64,000 bases of DNA, taken from contig JAWSVB010000010.1 in the NCBI GenBank assembly GCA_033852135.1, forward strand, positions 152,716 through 216,715. The letters run 5' to 3'. Positions 1 to 10,864 of the stretch are shown here, in pieces. The position numbers and the translations under genes are program-made. Below the pieces are notes generated by a model. That model was not told where the DNA came from and ran no database searches. It saw nothing but the letters and a program-made list of their open reading frames with translations. The stretch comes from Gammaproteobacteria bacterium (lineage in GTDB: Bacteria; Pseudomonadota; Gammaproteobacteria; QZLD01). Position 1 is the stretch's first letter; every line of letters starts with the position of its first letter.

Positions 1-617
1 TTGAAGGTTGCGGGCAGCAACCCCAATAGGGTCATAATTTTGAATCTGTTTTAATACGGCTTCAATCTCATCGTGTTCTAGTTCTTGCTCCGGATATTGT
101 TGTGAAAGTCCTTCGTGAATTTGTTCCGTAGTTTGCGATAGATAACCGTCATCACTAATAGAATCAATTATTGTTGTTGCAATAATTTTGTCTATATCAG
201 AAAAACGGGAAAGCTCTAGTTGCCACTGTAATTGCTCTTTTAGGGTTTCGCTTTCGCCAGATTGGTTTTCGAAAAGGTTGGAATAATCTTCAGCTGGTGC
301 GCTATATGAGGTGCTACCATCATAAATGTCGTCCCACCCCGCATCGATTGGAAGGTCTTCAGGTATCTCTTGGTCTGCTTCTTGTTTTGGCTCGGCTGCA
401 GCTTGGTCTTGTTTCTCTTGTTTGGCTTCAGCTGTTGATTCGCTGTCTTGGTTGGCCGTATCAGTATCAACCTTTTCTAGCATTAGATTAGAATCGAGGA
501 CCTCTTGTATCTCTTGTTCCAGTTCAAGCGTTGAAAGTTGCAATAGGCGAATAGCCTGCTGCAGCTGGGGAGTCATTGTAAGGCTTTGGCCTATTGTGAG
601 CTGAAGGGATGGCTTCA
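1..617 (-). CDS. rpoN: RNA polymerase sigma-54 factor RpoN, N-terminal part (gene runs off window start)
   Basis: The reverse-complement of 580-617 translates to MKPSLQLTIGQSLTMTPQLQQAIRLLQLSTLEL, which is the RpoN region-I signature. The reverse-complement of 1-60 gives AVLKQIQNYDPIGVAARNL, a conserved RpoN motif. Its position downstream of lptB matches the lptB-rpoN synteny of Gammaproteobacteria. The ORF track did not list it because it is edge-truncated. Confidence 0.85.
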
Positions 618-730
618 TTCATCATCTCGAACTGTAAACTTAATATTAAGTCTAATGCATCAATTTCATTCGTCCAGCAAAATTAGTGCCAAATTTAAAA
701 AAATATGCATTGCGTCCGGTTTTCATACTT

Positions 731-1456
731 CTAAAGCTTGAAGTTTTCACCCAAATATATATCGCGAACTGATTGGTGGCTAAGGATATGATCTGCTGTG
801 CCTTCAGTGATTACATGCCCTTTGTTTAAAATATATGCGCGTTCACATATTCCTAATGTTTCACGAACATTGTGATCTGTTATTAGAACTCCAATACCGC
901 GGTCAGTTAGGTGAGTTACTATTTGTTGTATATCTCCAACTGATATTGGATCTACGCCTGCAAATGGTTCATCAAGAAAGATAAATTTAGGCTCCATGGC
1001 TAGTGATCTGGCAATTTCAACTCTACGCCTTTCACCACCGGAAAGGCTGATTCCTGTCTGGTCTTTTAAATGAGTTATATTAAATTCATTTAGTAAAGAG
1101 TCTAGGATCTCTTGCCGTTGTTTTTTATTAAGCTCTTTTCGTAGTTCCAGGATAGAAAATATGTTTTCAGCTACAGTGAGTTTACGAAAGACAGATGCTT
1201 CTTGAGGTAAGTATCCTAACCCCATTCTGGCTCTTAAATGGATAGGGAGGCGGGTAATATCTTCATCATCAAGTAGTATCTGCCCTTCATCACACGGAAC
1301 TAGCCCAATAAGCATGTAGAAACTAGTGGTTTTACCTGCGCCATTCGGGCCAAGTAACCCAATAACTTCTCCAGTTTTTATCTGGAATGATGCACCATCT
1401 ACAACGGTTTTAGATTTGTATCTTTTTTTAATTGAGATTGCTTTTAATGTGCTCAT
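731..1456 (-). CDS. lptB: LPS export ABC transporter ATP-binding protein LptB
   Basis: 241 aa. Walker [13 protein letters not shown] signature LSGGERRR and Walker B IFLDEP are present. It lies in the lptCAB cluster. Confidence 0.93.
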   Translation of the reverse strand: MSTLKAISIKKRYKSKTVVDGASFQIKTGEVIGLLGPNGAGKTTSFYMLIGLVPCDEGQILLDDEDITRLPIHLRARMGLGYLPQEASVFRKLTVAENIFSILELRKELNKKQRQEILDSLLNEFNITHLKDQTGISLSGGERRRVEIARSLAMEPKFIFLDEPFAGVDPISVGDIQQIVTHLTDRGIGVLITDHNVRETLGICERAYILNKGHVITEGTADHILSHQSVRDIYLGENFKL

Positions 1457-2062
1457 CTATTCGGCCGCCTGCTTCTGTTCTGTATTTTCTTTTTCGACGT
1501 TTTCTACCGAGGCCTTTGGTTCTTTTTTTGTTGAAACTTTTGGTTTGTTATCTGGTTTGTTATCTGGTTTGTTATCTGGTTTTTTGCGTGGGGTAATTAT
1601 AACTTTGACCCTTTTATCTTTCTGGCTATCTGCAAAAACTTGATCGGTTGCCATTAGGTATTTTATCTTGTCACCGGTAAATGTATTTGTTCCCTGAATG
1701 AGAGAGGCGTTCTTATATAGGTTTACTTGCTCATCTTTTTCATACAAAACTTCAATGTGGTCCGCTTTGGCATCTATCTCTTCTTTATTATCTGGGGTTT
1801 GTTGGAAAGATGCAGGTGTGCCGAGAATGTCAGCTTTTTTTAGATTGCCATCTATATCTGTGTATATGGTTGCAGTGTTACCAGTGATTTTAATTGATCC
1901 CTGAATCATTTCGACATTGCCGCTATAGATGCTTTTCCCGTAGGCGTTATCAATCTCAACTTTATCAGCAGATATCTGTATTGGTTGCTCTTTATCTGAT
2001 GATAGAGCATGACTAAGTGATGTTATGCTAAGGAGTACAAAGCAAAAAATGGATTTAATCAC
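1457..2062 (-). CDS. lptA: LPS transport periplasmic protein LptA; start reassigned to GTG at 2062
   Basis: An OstA-like beta-jellyroll region follows a signal peptide VIKSIFCFVLLSITSLSHA. The track ORF extending to 2191 overlaps lptC by 137 nt. A GTG start at 2062 gives about 202 aa, the typical LptA size. The C-terminus carries a KPDNKPDNKPDNKPK repeat. Confidence 0.8.
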   Translation of the reverse strand: MIKSIFCFVLLSITSLSHALSSDKEQPIQISADKVEIDNAYGKSIYSGNVEMIQGSIKITGNTATIYTDIDGNLKKADILGTPASFQQTPDNKEEIDAKADHIEVLYEKDEQVNLYKNASLIQGTNTFTGDKIKYLMATDQVFADSQKDKRVKVIITPRKKPDNKPDNKPDNKPKVSTKKEPKASVENVEKENTEQKQAAE

Positions 2063-2693
2063 TTTTGTTCTTCTTGAGATGGCTGCTTTTCTTGAGGTGG
2101 CTATTTTTGCTGAGGTTACTGCTGCTCTGCGGTTCATGACGGGCATTAACATTGGTGAAAATCTCCAGAGTATCTGTTTTGATGTCTGCAATCATTTTCT
2201 TCCCTTGAATTATGGAAGATGGAGTAGTTATGATTACTTTTCCTTTTGTGATCATTTTTTCTTCATCGATATCATATATTAGCTGATTTGATTTGGCAGA
2301 AATAGGGTGCTTTACGTCGCTAGTATTTTGATTAGCAATGACGTTTTCTTTAAGTATTGCCTTGCTGTTTCCATCTGGAACTTCGCCATTATCAGCTAGA
2401 ATTTTCCATGTGTTTATATTTTGTTTGTAGGTGTGAATTTCAGGTTTTGTAATGAATGATTTTTGTTCTTTGGGTTGGTGCTCAACTTTTTCAGCAGTCA
2501 ATATATAGCGAAGCTTACCACTCTTATCCATGGATCTTGATTGAATATTATTCATAAAAAAATCAGGACGATCTATATTTTTAGCTGCTACAAGTTTTTG
2601 TTTCTCATCTTTGGAATAAAAGTGAACAATCCCACCAAACGCTATCGTTACCATAAGTAAAGCTATAAGATTTGGTGAGATTTTTTTTAGCAT
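2055..2693 (-). CDS. lptC: LPS export system protein LptC
   Basis: 212 aa with an N-terminal TM anchor (ISPNLIALLMVTIAFGGIV). It sits between kdsC and lptA as in the E. coli yrbG-kdsD-kdsC-lptC-lptA-lptB operon. Confidence 0.8.
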   Translation of the reverse strand: MLKKISPNLIALLMVTIAFGGIVHFYSKDEKQKLVAAKNIDRPDFFMNNIQSRSMDKSGKLRYILTAEKVEHQPKEQKSFITKPEIHTYKQNINTWKILADNGEVPDGNSKAILKENVIANQNTSDVKHPISAKSNQLIYDIDEEKMITKGKVIITTPSSIIQGKKMIADIKTDTLEIFTNVNARHEPQSSSNLSKNSHLKKSSHLKKNKSD

Positions 2694-3220
2694 TATTCAG
2701 TTAAGTATTTGTTGTAAATAGATTCTAATTTGCCTTGAGCATCTAAGATAAGGTCGCATATCTCCCGAACAGCGCCTTTTCCACCTTTATTGTCAGTAAC
2801 TAACTTTGCGACTTCCTTTGCCTTTATATGTGCGTCAGCAACCGCAACTGGGAGCCCAACTCTTCTCATTACCGGTATATCAATCAAATCATCACCAATA
2901 TAGGCAACTTGTTCTGGTGAAAGTTGCAAATCATCTATCAGTTTTTTGAAGGAATCTATTTTGACCATCTGCCCTTGATATAGGTGTTTAACTCCAAGTC
3001 CAGTCATCCTATTGCTAACTGATTTTGAAGTGCGGCCAGTTATGATTGCAATTTCAACACCATTATCCATCAATAAGCGCATCCCAAGGCCGTCCTTGAT
3101 GTTGTAGCCTTTTATATCTTCAGTGTTTTCACCAATGTATAGCATTCCATCTGAAAGCACGCCGTCTACATCTAGGATTAATAGTTTAATCTCTTTTGCC
3201 AGTTCCGTTATATTGCTCAT
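2693..3220 (-). CDS. kdsC: 3-deoxy-D-manno-octulosonate 8-phosphate phosphatase KdsC (HAD family)
   Basis: 175 aa with the HAD motif LLILDVDGVLSDG. Operon context supports the call. Confidence 0.88.
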   Translation of the reverse strand: MSNITELAKEIKLLILDVDGVLSDGMLYIGENTEDIKGYNIKDGLGMRLLMDNGVEIAIITGRTSKSVSNRMTGLGVKHLYQGQMVKIDSFKKLIDDLQLSPEQVAYIGDDLIDIPVMRRVGLPVAVADAHIKAKEVAKLVTDNKGGKGAVREICDLILDAQGKLESIYNKYLTE

Positions 3221-4192
3221 CTATACTACCTTGGCTTTTAACAGGTCATGCATGTTAAGAGCTCCAATTAATCGGTTAGAATCATCCACAACAAGTAAGG
3301 CGTTTATCTTTTTACTTTCCATAATCGCTAACGTTTGGGCAGCGAGAGTATTTTGTTTCACTGTAATACAGTTTGGTGTCATTACATCTTCAATTTTGGT
3401 TTTATGGATGTTTATCTCTTTATCAAGAATTCTGCGAAGGTCGCCATCTGTGAATATACCCAAAACCTCATTATCATCGTTGGTGATAGCTGTTATTCCG
3501 AGCCCTTTTTTTGTCATCTCCATAAGAGCATCTGTTAAAGCTACTTTATTATTTACAGCGGGGATTGAGTCTCCGGTATGCATTATTTCATTCGTAGTTA
3601 GTAGAAGCTGGCGGCCAAGCTTTCCACCTGGATGAGATTTTGCAAAGTCATTTTCGGTAAAGCCTTTAGCCTTTAGTAAGGAAACGGCTAAAGCATCCCC
3701 CATGGCTAATGTGGCTGTTGTGCTTGAGGTTGGTGCTAGGTTCAGAGGGCATGCCTCTTTTTTTACGCTGATATCAAGGTTTACATCTGCTGCTTTTGCC
3801 AGGCTAGATGAGGCTTTTCCAGTCATAGTAATTAATGAGGTTTCAATTCGCTTTAGCATCGGAATGATGGTCATGATCTCTTCAGTTTCACCTGAGTTTG
3901 ATATAGCGAGCACTACATCGCATTCTGAGATCATGCCGAGGTCACCGTGGCTAGCTTCTGCTGGGTGGACAAAAAAAGCAGGTGTTCCGGTACTTGCGAG
4001 GGTAGCGGCAATTTTATTACCTATATGCCCTGATTTTCCCATGCCAGTTACAATAACTTTCCCACTGCATTGCAGGATGATTTCGCAAGCTTTGATAAAG
4101 CTTTCATCAATTCTTGAAATTAAGTCTGTAATTGCTTCCGCTTCGATTTCTAGGGATTTTACTGCATATGAAATTAGCTGTTTATTTGACAT
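3221..4192 (-). CDS. kdsD: arabinose-5-phosphate isomerase KdsD (SIS + tandem CBS)
   Basis: 323 aa. A SIS domain (GMGKSGHIGNKIAATLASTGTPAFFVHP) is followed by CBS domains. Operon context supports the call. Confidence 0.9.
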   Translation of the reverse strand: MSNKQLISYAVKSLEIEAEAITDLISRIDESFIKACEIILQCSGKVIVTGMGKSGHIGNKIAATLASTGTPAFFVHPAEASHGDLGMISECDVVLAISNSGETEEIMTIIPMLKRIETSLITMTGKASSSLAKAADVNLDISVKKEACPLNLAPTSSTTATLAMGDALAVSLLKAKGFTENDFAKSHPGGKLGRQLLLTTNEIMHTGDSIPAVNNKVALTDALMEMTKKGLGITAITNDDNEVLGIFTDGDLRRILDKEINIHKTKIEDVMTPNCITVKQNTLAAQTLAIMESKKINALLVVDDSNRLIGALNMHDLLKAKVV

Positions 4193-4196
4193 CTTA

Positions 4197-5219
4197 TTAA
4201 CCGCTTACTGAAAGAAAAAGTAGAACCTGGTAACCGCAATAGGCACAAAGTAATGAAAAGCCTTCAAACCTGTTTATTACCCCTGACTTTTTACCAAATC
4301 TATATGAGAAAAGCAGTAAAAGAATAGTCAGAACTGCCATGATAGTGAAATCTCTACTCAGAACCAACTTTTCAATTGGTGTTGGTGAAATTACTGCTGC
4401 AGTTCCAAGTACAGATAGGATATTAAAAATATTTGATCCTAGAATATTTCCTATAGCTATATCGGGGTGGTTTTTTTTGACTGATGTAATAGATGCTGCT
4501 AACTCTGGCAGGCTGGTGCCAAGAGCTACTATTGTTAAGCCGATGATAAGCTCTGGTACTTCAAATAATTTGGCGACTTCAACTGCGCCCCACACTAAAA
4601 TTTTTGAGCTACCTAAGAGCACTGCAAGGCCAAAAATCAACCAGAATATTGCTTTGGATATCGGCATTTTTGCTTGGTCATCAGCAAGCTCCTCAGCGCT
4701 ATGGTCTTTCTCTTTGCGGCTTATGTGGACTGCCCATGCAAGTACAACTATTTGTAAAATTAAGAATATTATCCCTTCAGTACGTGAAAGGTCGTAATCA
4801 AAGAAGAAGATAAAGCAGATGACCATAATTGCGAAAAGTATTGGCATTTCACGTTTGATAATCTGTGGACGGACTGAAATAGGAATTATGAGAGCGGTTA
4901 AGCCGATAACAAGAGCAATATTGGTAATGTTAGAACCTAAAGCGTTACCAATGGCTATTCCTGGAGTGTCTTGTAATGAGGCTATTGCAGAGACAAGAAT
5001 CTCGGGAGCAGAAGTGCCAAAGCCGACAACAGTTATACCAATAATTAGAGGTGATATATTAAGGCTGCGCGCGATATTGCTGGCGCCAGCAATAAACTTA
5101 TCTGCGCTCCAGGCAAGAGCTATAAAACCAATTAAAATGGCTGCAATATAACTTGCAATATCCATCTCTTCTCCATGAATAAAAATAGATATGTTACCGT
5201 CAAAGAGAGATGTCTCCAA
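4197..5219 (-). CDS. yrbG: Na+/Ca2+ exchanger family inner-membrane protein (YrbG-like)
   Basis: 340 aa polytopic protein with duplicated alpha-repeat motifs (GTSAPE / GTSLPE) typical of the CaCA family. Its position matches E. coli yrbG. Confidence 0.8.
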   Translation of the reverse strand: METSLFDGNISIFIHGEEMDIASYIAAILIGFIALAWSADKFIAGASNIARSLNISPLIIGITVVGFGTSAPEILVSAIASLQDTPGIAIGNALGSNITNIALVIGLTALIIPISVRPQIIKREMPILFAIMVICFIFFFDYDLSRTEGIIFLILQIVVLAWAVHISRKEKDHSAEELADDQAKMPISKAIFWLIFGLAVLLGSSKILVWGAVEVAKLFEVPELIIGLTIVALGTSLPELAASITSVKKNHPDIAIGNILGSNIFNILSVLGTAAVISPTPIEKLVLSRDFTIMAVLTILLLLFSYRFGKKSGVINRFEGFSLLCAYCGYQVLLFLSVSG

Positions 5220-5436
5220 TAGTTATTATTCTCCAGCGTATTTTTTGTAGAAAACGTTTGGATGTTAACTTTGCTGGCAATAAGCATTACTTTATTTAAG
5301 TTTAATAAACTTTTTCCCCTCTATTTTCTACCATAACTGATATATATGGTTTATATTTCAATAGTGGGGCTATTGAATTCTTGAAATGGAATTTAGCTAA
5401 AATTTATAAGAGCAAAGGACTTGGCTGGAACAATCT

Positions 5437-6261
5437 ATGAGTTTTGAGATTGATGAATCAAACGATATTCTGATAGAGATCAGAGATCTACATTTTTCTC
5501 GAGGTGAGAGAAAAATATTTGATGGTGTTGATATCGATATTCGTCGAGGCTGTGTCACAGCTATTATGGGACCAAGTGGAACCGGAAAAACTACTCTTCT
5601 TAAATTAATTGGCGGTCAATTACAGCCAGATTCTGGAACAATTAAAGTCGGCGGTAAGGATGTTCATAAATTAAGTCGAAGCAATCTTTACCGATTAAGA
5701 AAAAAAATGGGGATGTTGTTTCAAAGCGGAGCTCTTCTTACAGATCTTTCTGTTTTTGATAATGTAGCCTACCCATTAAGAGAACACACTAAATTAAAGA
5801 AAAGCATGATTCGTGACATCGTGCTGACAAAGCTTCATGCGGTTGGATTGCGTGGAGCAAGAGATCTGATGCCTGCGGAGCTATCTGGTGGAATGTCGCG
5901 GCGTGTAGCGATGGCAAGAGCAATTGTTCTTGATCCTATGATGATTTTGTACGATGAGCCTTTTACTGGGCAAGACCCTATTTCAATGGGGGTTTTGGTA
6001 CAGCTAATTCGCTTATTGAATGATGCGTTAGGAATGACATCGATTGTTGTTTCACATGATGTGAAAGAAACAGCGGCTATTTCAGATGAGATATATGTAC
6101 TGTCTGAAGGAAAAATTGTAGAGCATGGTACCCCTGAAAAACTAAAGAAAACTGAGTCTCGATGGGTTCAGCAGTTTATGTTTGGGATGCCAGACGGTCC
6201 TGTACCATTTCAATTCCCTGCTGTTGATTACGCAGAAGATTTATATGGAATGAATAAATGA
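5437..6261 (+). CDS. mlaF: phospholipid ABC transporter ATP-binding protein MlaF
   Basis: Walker A GPSGTGKTT, signature LSGGMSRR and Walker B ILYDEP are present. It is the first gene of the mlaFEDCB cluster. Confidence 0.9.
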   Translation: MSFEIDESNDILIEIRDLHFSRGERKIFDGVDIDIRRGCVTAIMGPSGTGKTTLLKLIGGQLQPDSGTIKVGGKDVHKLSRSNLYRLRKKMGMLFQSGALLTDLSVFDNVAYPLREHTKLKKSMIRDIVLTKLHAVGLRGARDLMPAELSGGMSRRVAMARAIVLDPMMILYDEPFTGQDPISMGVLVQLIRLLNDALGMTSIVVSHDVKETAAISDEIYVLSEGKIVEHGTPEKLKKTESRWVQQFMFGMPDGPVPFQFPAVDYAEDLYGMNK

Positions 6262-6292
6262 TATTTAAAATAAACAGCTTGAGCGTGGCTAA

Positions 6293-7093
6293 ATGTTTTT
6301 GATCAAATCATTACAATATATGGTTCATTCTTTTTTGCACCTTATGTCGGTGGCTTTTGAGCGCATAGGGCGAAGTCATATATTGTTATTTCATACCTTG
6401 CTAGGTATTCCAAGTGTGCTGATGCGCCCTTTATTGCTGACAAAACAGATATATATGGTTGGAGTTTTGTCTTTAATAATCATAATAGTTTCAGGACTAT
6501 TTGTTGGTGCTGTTTTGGCACTCCAGCTTTATTATGAATTACTTAAGTTCGGAGCCGAGAACTCCTTAGGGGTGTTGAATGCGGTTTCCTTGGTAAGGGA
6601 GTTAGGGCCTGTAATTGCTGGGCTGTTATTTAGTGGAAGAGCTTGCTCAGCCCTTGCGGCAGAGATTGGATTGATGAAAGCCACTGAACAGCTTTCTGGT
6701 ATGGAGATGATGGCAATAGATCCAATAAAAAGAGTCATTGCCCCAAGGTTTATGGCTGGGATTATATCAATGCCCGTTTTAGCAATCACATTTAGTGTTC
6801 TTGGTATTATTGGTGGGCATTTAATAGGTGTCGATCTTTTAGGTATCGACGAGGGAGCATTTTGGTCGCAAATGCAGGTTAAGGTAGATTTTTTCGCAGA
6901 TGTTATGAATGGTGTAGTTAAAAGTTTGGTTTTTGGTTTTGTAGCAACATGGATTGCTCTCTACCAAGGATATGATGCTGTGCCGACATCCGAAGGCGTT
7001 AGTCGGGCAACAACTAAAACAGTTGTATATGCTTCGCTGGCTATACTGGCTTTGGATTTCGTACTTACAGCATTGATGTATGGAGAGATATAG
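6293..7093 (+). CDS. mlaE: phospholipid ABC transporter permease MlaE
   Basis: 266 aa polytopic membrane protein in the conserved position. Confidence 0.88.
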   Translation: MFLIKSLQYMVHSFLHLMSVAFERIGRSHILLFHTLLGIPSVLMRPLLLTKQIYMVGVLSLIIIIVSGLFVGAVLALQLYYELLKFGAENSLGVLNAVSLVRELGPVIAGLLFSGRACSALAAEIGLMKATEQLSGMEMMAIDPIKRVIAPRFMAGIISMPVLAITFSVLGIIGGHLIGVDLLGIDEGAFWSQMQVKVDFFADVMNGVVKSLVFGFVATWIALYQGYDAVPTSEGVSRATTKTVVYASLAILALDFVLTALMYGEI

Positions 7094-7564
7094 ATGCATA
7101 AAACAAGATTGATAGAAGTTTGGGTTGGTATATTTGCTTTCATCGGAATAGCGGGGCTGGTATTTCTTGCTTATGAAGTTAGTAGCTTAAGCCATAGTAA
7201 TAGTGAAAATACCTATTCAATAAACGCTAAGTTTACCAATGTTGGTGGTTTAAAAGTACGCTCCCCTGTTACCATTTCTGGTGTAAAAATTGGTGAGGTA
7301 ACATCGATAGTTTACGATCAGGAGTATTATGAAGCGAAGGTCAAAATGGCAATTGAAGCCAAATATGACCAGCTGCCTGAAGACACATCAGCAAGTATAT
7401 TTACGGCAGGATTGCTGGGTGAGCAATATGTTGGGCTGGATGCTGGTGGGGCAGAAGATTATTTGGAAGAGGGTGGCGAGATATCAATAACCCAATCAGC
7501 AATTGTTTTGGAAAAAGTAATTGGCGAGTTTTTATTTAGCCAGACGGCTGATGATGAGGAGTAG
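7094..7564 (+). CDS. mlaD: MCE-domain substrate-binding protein MlaD
   Basis: 156 aa with an N-terminal TM helix followed by an MCE domain. Confidence 0.85.
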   Translation: MHKTRLIEVWVGIFAFIGIAGLVFLAYEVSSLSHSNSENTYSINAKFTNVGGLKVRSPVTISGVKIGEVTSIVYDQEYYEAKVKMAIEAKYDQLPEDTSASIFTAGLLGEQYVGLDAGGAEDYLEEGGEISITQSAIVLEKVIGEFLFSQTADDEE

Positions 7565-7565
7565 A

Positions 7566-8336
7566 ATGAAAATGGAAGCAAAGAGCTTTTTTTCAGTTCA
7601 ATGGTTGGTAAAGAGAATAACTCTATCGGTATTTATTATTTTATGTTCTTCTGTTAGTTATGCTGGGGATGCTGATAAAGATAAGGCAGAAAAGATAGAA
7701 CCAAAAGCTCAAGAAACAACTTTGCCAAATCAGATAGTTCAATCAACAATTGATGCCTTATTTAATACTATAAGAAGAGAAGAGGCTGAGCAAAAGATTG
7801 AAGAGCTACCAAATGAACGTATGAAGGAATTGGTAGAAGAGATTGTAATTCCAAGTGTTGATTTTGTTGTTATGTCACGTTGGGTGGTAGGTAAGTATTG
7901 GCGCAAAATGACCAAAAGCCAGAAGAAAGAGTTCACCATTCTTTTCAAAGAACTTTTAATTAAAACATATGCCGGGTCTCTATCAGAATTTGTAGATTAT
8001 AAGATTAACTATTTTCCTTATAAACATGATGTAAAAGCTAAAAAAGTTTCGGTTAGAATGGAGATTGAGCGAACTGAAGGTCCTGAAATTCCATTAGCAT
8101 TTAAACTAAGAAAGAATAAGAAAAATCAGTGGAAAGTATATGATGTTCTAATAGATGGTATTAGTTTAATCGCAAATTATCGCACCACATTCTCTTCAAT
8201 AATTAAAAAGAAAGGGGTGTCCGCACTTATTGACAAGTTAAATTCAGATCAAGCTGAAAAAGAAACTGAAGTGATTAAGGTTAAGCAGGAAAATAAGTCG
8301 GCGGAAACAACAAAAGAGAATAAAGAAGATAAATAG
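7566..8336 (+). CDS. mlaC: periplasmic phospholipid-binding protein MlaC (toluene-tolerance Ttg2D family) with K/E-rich C-terminal tail
   Basis: I took the start at ATG 7566 (MKMEAKSFF...), which gives a signal peptide. The track ORF start at 7521 overlaps mlaD. The C-terminal roughly 60 aa are a low-complexity KE-rich extension. Confidence 0.75.
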   Translation: MKMEAKSFFSVQWLVKRITLSVFIILCSSVSYAGDADKDKAEKIEPKAQETTLPNQIVQSTIDALFNTIRREEAEQKIEELPNERMKELVEEIVIPSVDFVVMSRWVVGKYWRKMTKSQKKEFTILFKELLIKTYAGSLSEFVDYKINYFPYKHDVKAKKVSVRMEIERTEGPEIPLAFKLRKNKKNQWKVYDVLIDGISLIANYRTTFSSIIKKKGVSALIDKLNSDQAEKETEVIKVKQENKSAETTKENKEDK

Positions 8337-8344
8337 GCGCTCAG

Positions 8345-8665
8345 ATGCAAATTGATAATGCTCCAGTGTGGGTAGAAAAATCACAAGAAAACGGTAGGTA
8401 TAATCTCTTCGGAGAATTAGATCTTTATACCGTGCAATTAGCTAGATCAATATTGAAGCCAGTTATTGACTCTATACAGTTAATTGAGCTTGATCTTTCC
8501 GGTGTAGAAAGAGTTGATAGTGTCGGTCTTGCGTTATTAATTGAATGGGTGAGAGAAGTAAAAAAGCAACAAAAAGAGATTAAGTTTTTCAATATTCCAG
8601 AGCAGTTATGCGCAATAGCAAGAGTAAGTAGTCTAGAGTTAGTATTACCACTATTTCGCAGTTGA
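8345..8665 (+). CDS. mlaB: STAS-domain protein MlaB
   Basis: 106 aa with an anti-sigma-antagonist-like fold signature, located after mlaC. Confidence 0.75.
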   Translation: MQIDNAPVWVEKSQENGRYNLFGELDLYTVQLARSILKPVIDSIQLIELDLSGVERVDSVGLALLIEWVREVKKQQKEIKFFNIPEQLCAIARVSSLELVLPLFRS

Positions 8666-8678
8666 TTATAGCATTGAT

Positions 8679-8705
8679 AAATCTACTATATCTTCATGTA
8701 GATTT
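8679..8705 (+). terminator. AT-rich hairpin after mlaB (possible weak terminator)
   Basis: aaatctac(N11)gtagattt is a perfect 8-bp inverted repeat. Confidence 0.3.
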
Positions 8706-8855
8706 AGCGTAAAATCGCAACTTACAAAATATAATTCTTATATTTTTGAAATTAAGTCTGATTAGCCGATTCAGTTGACTGAAAGATAGTTTAAGTCTTC
8801 CCCGAGGCTTAGCTGTATCGGATTATTAAATTACCAACTAATGTGAAAAAGTTAA

Positions 8856-10124
<1,269 letters not shown>

Positions 10125-10197
10125 TGAATTATGGCAGTATCACTGAGATTCGATAGAAGTAAATATATAGAATATAGAAAAAAGAGATGAAAGAAAG

Positions 10198-10836
10198 GTG
10201 TCAACTATGAAACAAGAGCTCACCATAGCAGTGTCAAAAGGAAGAATATTAAAAGAGACATTGCCTTTATTGCAACATGCGGGCATAGAGCTGATTGATG
10301 ATCCGAAAGTGAGCAGAAAATTGATTCTTGATACTAACCATGAAGACGTAAAAGTGGTTGTTTTAAGAGCTACTGACGTGCCAACATTTGTTGAATATGG
10401 TGTTGCAGATATTGGTATAGCAGGAAAAGATGTGTTGATGGAGTTCGGTGGGGAATCGATCTACGAACCAGTCGATCTTAAAATATCTAAATGCCGCTTA
10501 ATGACTGCAGGAAAGCCAGGCGCAAATGAAAGACCTGGAAGATTAAAGATTGCAACTAAGTTTGTAAACGTTGCAAAAAAGTATTTTGCAGAACAAGGCA
10601 AGCAGGTAGAAGTTATTAAATTGTACGGGTCAATGGAGTTAGCTCCAATTGTAGATCTTGCCGATATGATTGTAGATATTGTCGATACTGGAAATACTTT
10701 AAAAGCAAACGGTCTTGTTCCGTTAGACCATATCGCAGATATTAGCTCTAGATTGATAATTAATAAGGCATCAATGAAAATGAAGCACGCAAGAATTCAA
10801 TCAATAATAGATTCAGTACAACAAGCGGTTGGATAA
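10198..10836 (+). CDS. hisG: ATP phosphoribosyltransferase, short form (HisG-S)
   Basis: 212 aa and lacks the C-terminal regulatory domain. It is the first gene of hisGDC. Confidence 0.88.
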   Translation: MSTMKQELTIAVSKGRILKETLPLLQHAGIELIDDPKVSRKLILDTNHEDVKVVVLRATDVPTFVEYGVADIGIAGKDVLMEFGGESIYEPVDLKISKCRLMTAGKPGANERPGRLKIATKFVNVAKKYFAEQGKQVEVIKLYGSMELAPIVDLADMIVDIVDTGNTLKANGLVPLDHIADISSRLIINKASMKMKHARIQSIIDSVQQAVG

Positions 10837-10864
10837 GTTAGAAACAAAGAATTAAGGTAAAAAA

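Noticed and set aside
240-604. Three short low-complexity ORFs (240-470 minus; 297-491 plus; 326-604 plus) at the window start
   Set aside because: The region is the Q-rich region I/II of rpoN read in the wrong frames or strand. The correct frame gives the RpoN N-terminus.
1542-1590. Possible CRISPR-like or VNTR locus from the 15-bp tandem repeat
   Set aside because: Only three contiguous units with no spacers, lying in-frame inside lptA. It is a coding microsatellite, not CRISPR.
1457-2191. Track ORF giving a 244-aa LptA overlapping lptC by 137 nt
   Set aside because: The extension lacks LptA features. A GTG at 2062 produces a proper signal peptide and the canonical size, with a 4-8 nt operon overlap with lptC.
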